Below are positions 1 to 11,250 of a stretch of 64,000 nt of DNA, piece by piece. Location: NCBI GenBank assembly GCA_951406725.2, contig OX597822.1, positions 82,336,001 through 82,400,000 of the forward strand, read 5' to 3'. The notes beneath the pieces were generated by a model. The model ran no database searches. It was not told where the DNA came from and saw only the letters and a list, made by a program, of their open reading frames with translations. A program made the position numbers and the translations under genes. Every line of letters begins with the position of its first letter. Position 1 is the stretch's first letter. This DNA is from Octopus vulgaris (Eukaryota).

Positions 1-190
1 CAAAGCCTTTCCAGCTGTGACAGTCCTGTCTATTTCTCAGGTATATTGCAGTGGTAAGGACTATATTATCACATGAATATTTCCCTAAAATCCATTGGAT
101 GTAATTTGAGAGGGAGAAACATATAAACAGGCAGAGATCTGGCTGCTATTTCTAGCATGTAGATAATCTTACAGAGCAGTGGAGTTCATT
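1..190 (-). repeat. Degenerate copy of unclassified ~200-bp repeat family F
   Basis: Shares blocks caaagcc-ttccagctgtgac, ggactatattatc, tttgagaggga and tctggctgctatttctagca with the copies at 25.8-29.7 kb. Confidence 0.6.
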
Positions 191-308
191 ATGACCTCTG
201 AGATTCCATATAATAATTTTGTAGTTAAGGTTTGTTCGTAAATAAATTGGTCATACTTCTATAATACATAAAATATTTCAACAATCTTTTTATACAATTC
301 CTAATAAT

Positions 309-751
309 TATTTCTGTTCTAGGCACAAGGCCATGAAAATTTGGGGGGAATGGGGTTAGTCGATTACATCAACCCCAGTGTGTAAATGGTACTTATTTCA
401 TCGACCCCAAAAGGATGAAAAGAAAAGTCGCCCTTGGCTGAATTTGAACTCAGAATGTAAAGACAGACGAAATACTGCTAAGCATTTCGCCTGGCATGCT
501 AACAATTCTGCCAGCTTGCTGCCTTTATAGATATCCTTTTCTATTCTAGGCACAAGGCCTAAAATTTTGGGGGTGGGGGCCAGTCAATTAGATCGACCCT
601 AGTATGCAACTGGTACTTAATTTATCGACCCTGAAAGGATGAAAAGGTAAAGTCAACCTCAGCAGTATTTAAACTCAGAATGTAAAGCCAGACAAAATAC
701 TGCGAAGCATTTTGCCCGGCGGGCTAACAATTCTGTCAGCTCGCTGCCTTA
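309..751 (-). mobile_element. Two tandem tRNA-derived SINE copies (family A) inside one 18-bp TSD
   Basis: Copies at ~311-525 and ~537-750 carry a B-box-like GAGTT(C/T)AAAT and the central gccttt-catcctttcggggtcgat block on the minus strand; tatacaattcctaataat occurs at 291-308 and 752-769. Confidence 0.85.
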
Positions 752-785
752 TATACAATTCCTAATAATATTCCATTATGAAAAT

Positions 786-965
786 GGCAGCAAGTTGGCA
801 GAAACGTTAGCATGCCGTGTGAAATGCTTTGCGGTATTTCATCTGTCTTTATGTTCTCAGTTCAAATTCCACCAAGGTCAACTTTGCCTTTCATCATTTT
901 GGGGGGTCGATAAATTAAGTACCCAAAATTTCAGGCCTTGTACCTAGAGCAGAAAAGAATATTTC
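786..965 (+). mobile_element. SINE family A, internally deleted, head-to-head with the upstream dimer
   Basis: ggcagcaagttggcagaaacgttagc...agttcaaattcc...tcaggccttgtacctagagcagaaaagaat. Confidence 0.8.
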
Positions 966-986
966 ATTATAAAAATATAATAGGAT

Positions 987-1314
987 TTGAAAGATACAAA
1001 AATAATTTATTCTCAAACATCTGACAATCCTAATACAATAGCATGAACAGGATAATCTATCCATATATTACTGAAAAATTCATTACCGGCCAGCCATGAG
1101 ACTCAAACTCATATCTCTCTGATTACATGTCAAGTCTTTTACCTTTGAGCTAAACTGCCCAGTAATGAATTGTTCTGCAATGTTAGGATTTATAAATCTA
1201 GCTTTATAAGACGGTAATGAATTTTTCTGCAAAATATGGATAGTTTATCCTGTTCATGCAATTTTATTAGCATTATCATGCATTTGAGAATAAAATTATT
1301 TCTGTATCTTTCAA
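987..1314. mobile_element. MITE-like element with ~100-bp imperfect inverted repeats around a tRNA-like sequence
   Basis: 987-1088 is the reverse complement of 1212-1314; 1089-1160 on minus reads gggcagtttagctcaaaggtaaaag...tgt...atgagtttgagtctcat (A-box-like, T-arm-like). Confidence 0.6.
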
Positions 1315-2138
1315 TACATCTCCACGCTTCTAAAGCAAACTTTGTTTACTTTCATCGTAAGTTGAATAATAGGATTTTTTAAAACATTAACTGATTATGA
1401 GGGTCTTGTAAAGCAGAAGAGGAACCAAAGGGATCCATAGGTCTAAAATGGTTGGAAAAAATTGTTGTAGAATTTTTTTTGACATTCCTATAGATTAGGA
1501 TCAGAAATTATCTAGTGTCCTAAATGTTGTGATTTCTTCGGATCTGTATGCATAACCAAAGAATACAACACCAGAATAAATATAAGTAAAAATATATGGT
1601 CCTCAGAACTTTGTACAACAAATGAATGATCCTCAATGTGTTTGCAATATTAATAGTCATAGCAACATTTGGGTGTCTCACTTGGACATTACATGAGATT
1701 TGTGTTATTGATCTTAAAATCCTAAAACTACGAACTGATACCTGAAATTTCTACACAAACAGTGAAATTTCTACATAAACAGACTGTCTCTGCTTAAAAT
1801 GAAAACAAGATCGCAGGGGCTTAACATTGAATCAAGCAGCCTTTTAATGTAACTTCATATCCGTCCAACAGCATTTACTAATGATCAGTTATCGAAGTGC
1901 ACCCATTAATCAAGTCTGCCCACATGAGGCAGACAACATCATGAGATTGGAAATGAGCTCCTTGGAAAATATTCAATGATTGATGACCAGTTCTACTGCA
2001 ACAGATCATCAGAAACAAAAAAAGAAACTGCTTTGAAATATCAGAAGGTCAGGCATAGCTGTATTGCCAGAGAGCTTCAAAGTGACAACAACATAGACAG
2101 CCGAAGTAGTCTATCTTGATCTAACAACTAGGACATTA

Positions 2139-2139
2139 G

Positions 2140-2170
<31 letters not shown>

Positions 2171-2451
2171 AAAAATATTCATTTGCAATTCAGGAACATC
2201 CATCCATCCATCCACCCATCCATCCACCCATCCATCCATCTATCCATCCACCCATCCATCCATCCATCCACCCATCCATCTATCCATCCAACCATCTATC
2301 CACCCATCCATCCATCCACCCATCCACCCATCCATCCACCTATCCATCCATCCACCCATCCATCCACTCACCCATCCACCCACCCATCCATCCATCCACC
2401 CATCCATCAACCCATCCATCTATACATCCATCCATCCACCCATCCATCCAT
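2139..2451. repeat. (CT)n followed by (CCAT/CCAC)n microsatellite
   Basis: Direct reading; explains the IHPS-repeat ORF. Confidence 0.95.
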
Positions 2452-2660
2452 TACTTCATGGTTCAACAAAAGATTGATAACAAAAGTACATGTGTCAATT
2501 TGTTCATCCAAACCGTTCAAGGTGGTGCTCCAGCTGGCCGCAATTCAAATGACTGAAACAAATAAGAGATAATAAATAAATACAGTGGAAGCTGCTTATT
2601 ATTGTCATGGTTATTGTTATCAAGCAGTTATTGTTATCAAAGCTGGTGGATCCTAAACAT

Positions 2661-3010
2661 AGGCGCAGGAGTGGCTGTGTGGTAAGAAGCTTGCTTATCA
2701 ACCACATGGTTTCAAGTTCAGTCCCACTGCATGACACCTTGAGCAAGTGTCTTCTACTATAGGCTCGGGCCAACCAAAGCCTTGTGAGTGGATCTGATAG
2801 ACGGAAACTGAAAGAAGCATATCGTATATATACATATGTATGTGTGTCTGCGTTTGTCCCCCCACTATCGCTTGACAACCAATGTTGGCGTGTTAGGCCA
2901 ATAAAATAAGTACTAGGCTTACAAAAAATAAGTCCTGATGTCGATTTGTTTGGCTAAAGGCGGTGCTCCAGCATGGCCACAGTCAAATCACTAAACCAAA
3001 TAAAAGAATA
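2661..3010 (+). mobile_element. tRNA-derived SINE family B (CORE-like ccttgggcaagt block)
   Basis: ggcgcaggagtggctgtgtggtaag...gttcagtccc...ccttgagcaagtgtcttctactatag...ggcggtgctccagcatggcc; matches 40985-41390. Confidence 0.85.
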
Positions 3011-3270
3011 CTCAGAACAGAAGAAACATCTCCTGCTTCAATGCTGTCAGCCAGTCTTCTTATTCAGATGACTCAAGTGACCCTTAATCTGGCCCCAATG
3101 GATTCCTCTGTAGTTTATTAGTTAAGCTGGTATTTATATAATAAGGAGTTAGTATTTATTTTAGTGTACTTATTAAGGAGTAGGTTTTTGAAAATAACAT
3201 TCTCTAAACATTGTACAGTTAAAAGATGCAATTTACTATTGTTGTTCTTGTTATTGTTATTATTATTATT

Positions 3271-3797
3271 GAGTGAGAGAGCAGTGCATTCTATCAAAGC
3301 GACACTGGGGTATAAATATACAAAGCCCAGTATACCCATCATAACTACCTGTCTGATAAGGGTACACCAAGCACATGCATCACAACTATGTGCACGACAT
3401 GGTGATCTCATATCAAGATGAACAGTGCATGACCTTGCAGGTGGGGCCCAATTAGAATTTTCTTCAGGTCGAGTAGCCCATCCTACATGAGAGTCCCTGA
3501 ATAATGGTTGTTTAAGGATGTTGAACAAAATATCTATGTTTCCAGAGGTGAGTTATCCAAACCCCAAAGAATTCCTCTCAACACATGGCTATGAAGCTCC
3601 TCAGTTACTTCTGCTCATTATTAGAGATGCACATATCTTCAGCCACCAAGGGACATGCTCAACTGGTTACGGTCAAGCAAGTGACAAACAAATTTGTGCT
3701 ATTGAACAGAATCTTTGCTGTAGCCCATCTTTTATACCAAGACAAAACAATGTCAGAAGCCATGAGAGTCACTGCCTGGTACTGCATCAAGGCATTT
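3271..3797. repeat. Unclassified ~530-bp element bounded by TTA/TAA arrays
   Basis: Complex sequence, more GC-rich than its flanks, with sharp boundaries to (TTA)n on the left and (TAA)n(TTA)n on the right; single copy here; repeat status inferred. Confidence 0.45.
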
Positions 3798-3818
3798 ATA
3801 ATAATAATAATAATAATA

Positions 3819-3859
<41 letters not shown>

Positions 3860-4210
3860 CATTGTGAAGTAAAAGGTCAAACTAACAGGGAAAATCTAGG
3901 ACAGATAATGTTGCTGCAGAATATTCTACTTTGAGCTGTTAAGACCCCTGGTTGAAAATTTGACAGCCACCAGGAGGCCTTCCTGAACTTAATAAGGTTG
4001 ACCTTTTTTTCTTTTCTTTCTTTTTCATTTCAATGTTTTTTTTTATCTTTCATATAACAGAACAACAGAAAGAATTAGGGTAAGGATAGAAGGAAATACT
4101 GTGTGAAGGAACAATAGTTATCCAATACTATTGTAATTATGAAGTAACACAATCCTTCTTCTCTCTTTCTTGCATGTATATACACATAGATACATGTATA
4201 TATATATATG

Positions 4211-4285
<75 letters not shown>

Positions 4286-4342
4286 AGAAGGTTGAAAAGG
4301 AACACATGAAGGTAGAAAATGCTAAAATAATTTTATACATTT

Positions 4343-4378
4343 CAGTACCGGTTTCGGTCATTGAGACTTTTTCAACTG
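4343..4378 (-). ncRNA. Minimal type I hammerhead ribozyme motif, U3:A8 core variant
   Basis: Minus strand: CAG TTGAAAA aGTC tcaat GACc GAAA CCGG TA CTG (stem I CAG/CTG, palindromic helix III, GUA site). Confidence 0.55.
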
Positions 4379-4556
4379 TAAGTATGGAAAAGAATTAAAT
4401 TTTGGAAAAATTAACAGAAAAGTTTCTTAAAAGAATCTTTGCATAGTATTTAAATAAAAGGGGCATTTTCCTTGTTTCTGCCTGTCCCTGTCTCTCTTGT
4501 TTAAGCCATTTAAAAACACAAAAACTGTTAGATACACTTCAAAATTTAAATTTAAT

Positions 4557-4605
4557 TTGCCAAAACATTTTCGTTGCTTTGAGACTGCAACCTGATTACT
4601 GACAA
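4557..4605 (-). ncRNA. Hammerhead-like motif, G3:C8 core variant (G5A here, probably inactive)
   Basis: Minus strand: TTGTCA GTAATCA gGTTGC agtctcaaa GCAAC GAAA ATGT TT TGGCAA. Confidence 0.45.
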
Positions 4606-5033
4606 TATATATATATATATATGTAAATAATGAAGTTCGAAAATGCTGCTATATTATACAATTTTTAATTTTTATATATACATTATAACATGTTTCAGTT
4701 CCTGAAATGAACCTTATCAAAAAAAGTTATATATAAAAAAAGATAGTTCATGCTATCAATCACAAGAAATTCATTTATAATACACAACGGTGTCAGACAT
4801 CATAAAGTTCATATATATAGTTTGAAGTGAGTTCGTTCATGCTATATGTTTAAAGTGCATGATGCAGCGGTTCACGGTGGTGACATGCATCCAATACAAA
4901 AAACAGATCAAAGCGGCGATATGTAGTCAATACAAAAAACTGATGTTCCTGAAAGAGAGAGGAATTCATTTTTACCTTGAGCAACTGTGGTGTTCGCTGG
5001 ATGATTCTGGCGAATCTTGTGAATTGTTCAGGT

Positions 5034-5298
5034 TTTATAACACTGGTCAGTCCAGCGTAACGTGACGTCATCAACGTTTTGACCAATCGTTTCGTTAGGT
5101 GGCTTGGTCAAGCAGAACGGGACGTCATCAACGTTCTGACCAATCGTGACCTATCGCTGTATTATAACTGCCTCTTGTCTGTATCCTGTTTTGACCAATC
5201 GTTTCGTTAGGTGGCTTAGTCAAGCAGAACGGGACGTCATCAAAATTCTGACCAATCACGACTTATAGCTGTATTAGATCTGCCCCTTGTCTGTACCT
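5034..5298 (-). promoter_or_regulatory. CpG-rich promoter-like array: 2 x ~112-bp direct repeat with CRE and CCAAT boxes plus TATA
   Basis: Units 5076-5187 and 5188-~5298; TGACGTCA at 5063-5070, two more GACGTCA, four GACCAATC; TATAAAA on minus near 5033-5039. Confidence 0.5.
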
Positions 5299-5314
5299 GT
5301 TATATATATATATA

Positions 5315-5505
5315 AATTTAGTGAGAATTTACAAAAAACAAAAGATGAAGACAGGTATGTAAACAAGAAACAGTTGTATTAGTTTAATGCTCGGAAAGTG
5401 AGAAAGTCTTTTACGTTTCGAGCCTATACTCTTTGACAGAAAGGAACACAGAAATAAACAGGGTGAGAAAATAGAAAAGTTTTTGTGGCTAGTGAGCTAT
5501 CATAT
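5315..5505 (-). mobile_element. Short TA-embedded element with hammerhead-like motif (5408-5443)
   Basis: Minus strand: CTTT CTGTCAA aGAG tatagg CTC GAAA CG TA AAAG; second copy at 36575-36810. Confidence 0.6.
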
Positions 5506-5687
5506 AAATATATATAGATGTATTTGCTGACACACACACACACACACATATATATTAAGGTAACAAACTAAGTTTGTCAATTGAATCTCTCTATTAAATT
5601 TATTGTATATAAATCCTTAAAATCCTTAAAAATCCTTTAAAATGTTTTAGTCCGAAGGCCGCGGCCATGCTGGGGCACCACCGCTGA

Positions 5688-5718
<31 letters not shown>

Positions 5719-5848
5719 TGATCAAAATAAAAACATGATGCCAAGGATTCAGCGGTACATATGTTTCGGGCCTTTATTAGACAGATTTATAACAATGCAT
5801 AATGTATGTCTGTGGCCTTCTTCATTGAGAGAAGAGATGGACGCTTCA

Positions 5849-5881
<33 letters not shown>

Positions 5882-5885
<4 letters not shown>

Positions 5886-6095
5886 AATGTGACTGCGTGT
5901 GTACCGTTGGTGATTTTTTTTCCTCCGTCTTCCCTTCTCTGGATCTTTCCTTTTCCTATTTTTCTGACGAAGAGCTCTGCTCGAAACATTAAACCCTCCT
6001 TCTTCCCTTCCTTCCTGAGCTGCCAATAATGCTATATTTGTTCCACGTCCTCGCGTTGTTGTGTTTTCTCTTTGTGTTTTCATGTTTGGATTAAC
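5882..6095 (+). mobile_element. Short TA-embedded element with minimal hammerhead (5960-5994)
   Basis: TTT CTGACGA aGAGC tct GCTC GAAA CA TT AAA; (TA)n on both sides; homologues at 9017-9215, 49247-49457 and ~55575-55745. Confidence 0.7.
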
Positions 6096-6567
6096 TATAT
6101 ATATATATTTATATATGAAACATTAGCACAGCTCTCACTGTCTTTCATGAAAATGTAGCTTTGCCAGAATGTCTCAAAGCTTATTTCTTTTGAAGGAATT
6201 TGAAAATGCAAACTAATGACTTCCATTCTCTTCAAAGTCCTGTCCTTATATTTACAAACTGATAAATGATTTCTTCCGGGCAATTACAGGCTTATTTTGT
6301 TATTATTGATCAGTAGATGTTCTGCTATGGCATTCGATAGAGGGTCAGTGGTGTGTAAATGTGACAATGTACTCAAGGAAAATCAGGACATGAATGAGAA
6401 TCAGCTGGCTGGTCTGTTCCAGAGGACTTTTGGGCTGGGGCCCATAAATAATGGCTCCACTATAGCACTACCATGCCAGAAATCCCTGGCCTAGCAATGC
6501 TACAATGTGCGAGTCGGGGAAATTGTTGGCTCAGGATAAACTCTACAGCTGCCACCTTGTGTTAGAC

Positions 6568-6763
6568 CAGTGCTTTTCAACCTTTTTGCTGGAGCGGAAC
6601 CCCAAGGAAACATTTCACTGGCTCGAGGAACCTGTATGCAATAATTTAATAGTCTTTTGCACACATAACTGCCAATTTTAGCAGTTTTGTAACTTCTTGC
6701 GGAACCCCTGGACTGTACTGGCGGAACCTTAAGGTTCCGCGGAACCCTGGTTGAAAACCACTG
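6568..6763. mobile_element. hAT-type (Charlie-like) MITE
   Basis: TIRs cagtgcttttcaacc / ggttgaaaaccactg; perfect 8-bp TSD tgttagac at 6560-6567 and 6764-6771. Confidence 0.9.
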
Positions 6764-7035
6764 TGTTAGACAAATCCAGCTATTGGCCGATTCCATTGTA
6801 AAGGTCACCCCATGTATTCCTTCAGTCAAGAAGGGCAGGCAGTTTTCCTCTGTCTGATGGATATGGCAAAAGAAGTTGTCTGATGGACAAGACTGAAGTT
6901 TTTTAAAATTCCATTTGAAAAACAAGGTGAGGGTTGAGAGCGATGCGCTGCCTCCCAGTAAATTTGTTGAAAGTGGGGTGTCTTTTGCCATTGTCCTCAG
7001 TGTTTTTCCAGGCCATTGTGATGAATGAAGAAAAA

Positions 7036-7080
<45 letters not shown>

Positions 7081-7151
7081 ATTATTATTATTATTAATAT
7101 TATTATCATTATTATTAGTATTATTATCATCAATAATGATAAAATAAATTA

Positions 7152-7350
7152 AGGTGATGAGCTGGCACAATTGTTAACGTGCTGGGAAAAACGCTAAGCG
7201 GCATTTCATCCGTCTTTACGTCCTGCCAAGGCAGGCTTTGCCTTTCATCCATTTGAAGTTGATAAATTAAGTACCAGTTGAGCACTGGGGTCAATGTAAT
7301 TGATGAGCCCCTCCCCACAAATTTCAGGTCTTGTGCTTATAGTAGAAAAG
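7152..7350 (+). mobile_element. SINE family A
   Basis: gagctggcacaattgttaac...tttgcctttcatcc...aaatttcaggtcttgtgcttatagtagaaaag. Confidence 0.75.
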
Positions 7351-7644
7351 ATTTATTACTATTATCATTACTATTTTTTCCTTGCTACCCCAATTTCTAA
7401 GCCACTGCTAAGGAACAAAAGAAAAGCAGCTAAAGGTGGGGCGGGCATGGGGGCCCAAAGTTTTATTGTGATATTAATAAATCAACATAACAGGGTCCTT
7501 TTGTGTAGCAGAAATTTGATTCTAACTGGCAAATATGTCAAGTAGCTACATACTTAGAGAAACAACTTTTGCATTCATATCACAAGTTTACATGTTACCT
7601 TTTCCTGACTCCCTAACAAAAGAGTTAGCCAGTAAAATGATGAT

Positions 7645-8125
<481 letters not shown>

Positions 8126-8133
8126 AAATAGAT

Positions 8134-8383
8134 ATTTCAGGAAAGGCTTTCTTAGAAAAAAATTATATACTATGTAAAGAAAGTTTGAGAAAAATAGAAT
8201 GACATAAACCTGTTTGGAAGGAAGTTTTTGTATCGTATGTAAACTCTTTCGTTTAAGTTTTTCAAAAGACTAAACAAAAGCGCTTACACACAATCTGCAG
8301 ACTTCCTTCCAAAAGTTCCATGTAATTCTGTTTTTCTAAGATCATCGTTATGTAGTAAATAATTTTTATTTTAAGAAAATCTT
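8134..8383. repeat. Degenerate foldback/MITE-like inverted repeat
   Basis: ...tttcttagaaaaaaattatatacta...tttggaaggaagt pairs imperfectly with acttccttccaaaa...tagtaaataattttt...aagaaa. Confidence 0.5.
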
Positions 8384-8956
8384 ATTGTGACTGTATCAAG
8401 TATTTTTTGCAGTCTTTTAAATATATATATATATATTAATGTGAGTGTAGATGGATATATTATCTGGATGGATACTGTGGTAGCTCTCAGTTATGCTCCA
8501 GGTTATGGCTAACCACATCAATTAGTATTTAACATCTATGACTCCTAAGTGTTGTCACTCATGCTGTAAATTCCTCTGCTGGGTAATTCAGGGTTCACTT
8601 CACTGGATGCTAATATTACCTGGAATGTATATTAGCAATAATTATAAGGATAGAGAGTATCCTTTTATTTTACGATATGTCATATAGCTTATTTTTACGG
8701 TTATGATGAGCTACACATTTCCACTGCATGGAGTATGAGTAATTGCATATGCAACCAGGCATAATTTTCTGTGCAGCTTTGTTCAGGATCTTTTAACCAG
8801 CTTGACTCAAAGTGGAAAACCTTGAATGAAGCTGCACCCAGCTATAGAAACCATGCCACCACAGACAATTGGAGTCCGGACAGCCCCTAGCTGGTCAGCT
8901 CCATGTCAAACCATCCAACCCATGCCAGCATGGAAAGTGGACATCAAACGATGATG

Positions 8957-9016
<60 letters not shown>

Positions 9017-9017
<1 letters not shown>

Positions 9018-9215
9018 GTCAATCCAAACATGAACAAGCAAGAAAAAGCAACAACACAAGGACATGGAATAAGTACAGTGTTATTGGACGTTCAGGAAAG
9101 GAAAGAAAAGAAAGAGGATTTCACATTATGAGCGGAGCTCTTCATCCGAAATATAGAAAAAGTCCAAAGATGGGAAGATGGATAAAGAAAATCACCAACG
9201 ATAAACACACGGTCT
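9017..9215 (-). mobile_element. Degenerate copy of the 5882-6095 hammerhead element
   Basis: Reverse complement retains cggatgaagagctccgctc and the catgtttggatt end. Confidence 0.65.
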
Positions 9216-9317
9216 GTATGTATATTAGTTATAATGAGGATATTCTTATAGGGATATTTATCCAAGGTACACTGGTTTAAGATATTAAATTTTGAAGAGA
9301 TATTTCTTCAAAGATTA

Positions 9318-9733
9318 TATACCCTCCATCAGACACCTACCATATTCTGAGCGCCTTGTTTCCCTGGGCACGGATTCACTGAAGCTCCGGCGTTTGGCGA
9401 CGGACTTGGTAAACACCCACAAAGTTATCAACCACCTCACCAACAACAACACTGAACACCTTTTTGATCTCCATGTGTCTAACACACGTGGACATGCCTA
9501 CAAAGTCAGAAAACAATACAGCTCCCATGACTTTCGGAAACATTTTTTCACGCTCAGAGTTGCTGAAGCATGGAATAAACTGCCTGCGTCAGTTGTTGAC
9601 TGCCATGACACTGCATCTTTTAAGGCCCTCATGCTTTCCGAAATCCGCCGAAACTACACCTGATTATATATACACTTTAGATGAGTTGTAGTGCACCTGA
9701 GCACTGTACACAATTATTATTATTATTATTATT
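9318..9733 (+). mobile_element. 5'-truncated CR1/L2-group LINE, ORF2 C-terminus, 3'UTR and (ATT)n tail
   Basis: YSERL..L...SL..RR...DL...K, NTRGHAYKV, RKHFFTLRVAEAWNKLP motifs in ORF 9292-9663; ATT tail at 9713-9733. Confidence 0.85.
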
Positions 9734-9856
9734 ATCATACAGAATATCATAAGATATCAGATATGGATAATGTCAGATCGTAAGCTCGACACTCTAACCA
9801 CTGAGCCATACACCTTTTCACAATATATTCACAATATATACATATATATATATGTA

Positions 9857-10055
9857 AGGCGAGCTGGCAGAAACATTAGCATGCCGGGTGAAATGCTCAG
9901 TGGTATTTCATCTGTCTTCACATTCTGAGTTCAAATTCCACTGAGATTGACTTTGCTTTTCATCCTTTCAGGGGTCAATAAATTAAGTACCAGATACATA
10001 CTGCAGTCGATCTAATCAAAATTTTGGACCTTGTGCCTACAGTAGAGAAGAATAT
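9857..10055 (+). mobile_element. SINE family A
   Basis: aggcgagctggcagaaacattagc...gagttcaaattcc. Confidence 0.8.
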
Positions 10056-10684
10056 ATATAATGCATGCTTGCATGTATATGTGTTCTTCTTAGACCAAAC
10101 TTCCAAGTCGCTGCCAATAAATTAAATCATATTAGATGTAGGGTTCTGGTGCTGGCAGGAATGATGAAAATGATGACAGATATAAATAAACTGCATTTAC
10201 TTGTGTATAAGTCACATTATTCGATGCTTAATTTTTACTAAAAGAACTGGGATGTGATTTATATATGGGACAAAGCTAAAACTGGGAAAGGAAAAAAAAT
10301 TGAATTATAGAGGAGTAAATATGGTAATTAACAAAACTAGCACCAATGTTTTGCATTAATTATGTCACCTCGTTACTTGGAAAGTCCATTGCATTCAATG
10401 AGGCGGCTGTCTCTGAGCCTGATGTGAACGACTTCTGTTCATGGCCCATTTCTAAGTTGTTTCTTCACAACCTCAGCTGAAATAAGACAGCAAGTTGAAT
10501 GTCAGGCTGAACTTGGCAGAGGTATTGGTTTTGTTTTAGAAGAAAGAATATGGTGAGGTGCCAGCTATATGTATGCATGTGTGTGTGTGTGTGTGAGAGA
10601 GAGGGGGGGGGGTAATAGAAGAAGCATTATATAGCTTAGTGGCAAACTATTTCTGTTTGACAACTTTGTTATTTTCTGGATCGG

Positions 10685-10717
10685 CATCATCATTGTCGTC
10701 ATCGTCATCGTTTTCAC

Positions 10718-10752
<35 letters not shown>

Positions 10753-11250
10753 ACATCATTACTGTCATCATTGTTATCGTCAGCTACGCTGCTGCCACTC
10801 TCACAACCACCACAAACATCACCATCATCATCATTATCGTCGTCATCATCATCATCATCATCCTTATCATCATCATCATCATCATCATCGTCATCCTTAT
10901 CATCATCATCTTCATCATCATTATCATTATCCTCATCATCATCACCATCATTATCATCACTATCATCATCATCACCACTGTCATCATTGTCATTGTCACC
11001 TTTGCCGCCCCCACCACAACCACCACCAATATCAACATCTTCATCATCATCATTGCCATCAACATCATCACTATCATCATTGTCATTGTCATCTTCGCTG
11101 CTGCCACTACCACCACCACCACCACAACCATCATCTTCATCAACATCACTATCATCATCATCACAACTGCCATCATCATCATCATCACCTTTGCTGCTAC
11201 CATCACCACCACCACCACCACCACTACTACTCTCAACATCATCATCATAA
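10685..11250. repeat. (ATC)/(ACC) low-complexity tract
   Basis: Direct reading; explains the Ser-rich and Met-rich ORFs. Confidence 0.9.

Noticed and set aside
1780-2100. Repeat-free segments (also ~10180-10560, 22560-22860 and 47000-47220) as enhancers
   Set aside because: Only the absence of repeats and short motifs support this; conservation data would be needed
2168-2572. 134-aa IHPS-repeat ORF and the many poly-I/Y/V/M/S/H/C ORFs across the window
   Set aside because: Translations of microsatellites that lack stops; no domain content
6500-6991. 163-aa minus-strand ORF
   Set aside because: Reads through a hAT MITE; no recognisable motifs
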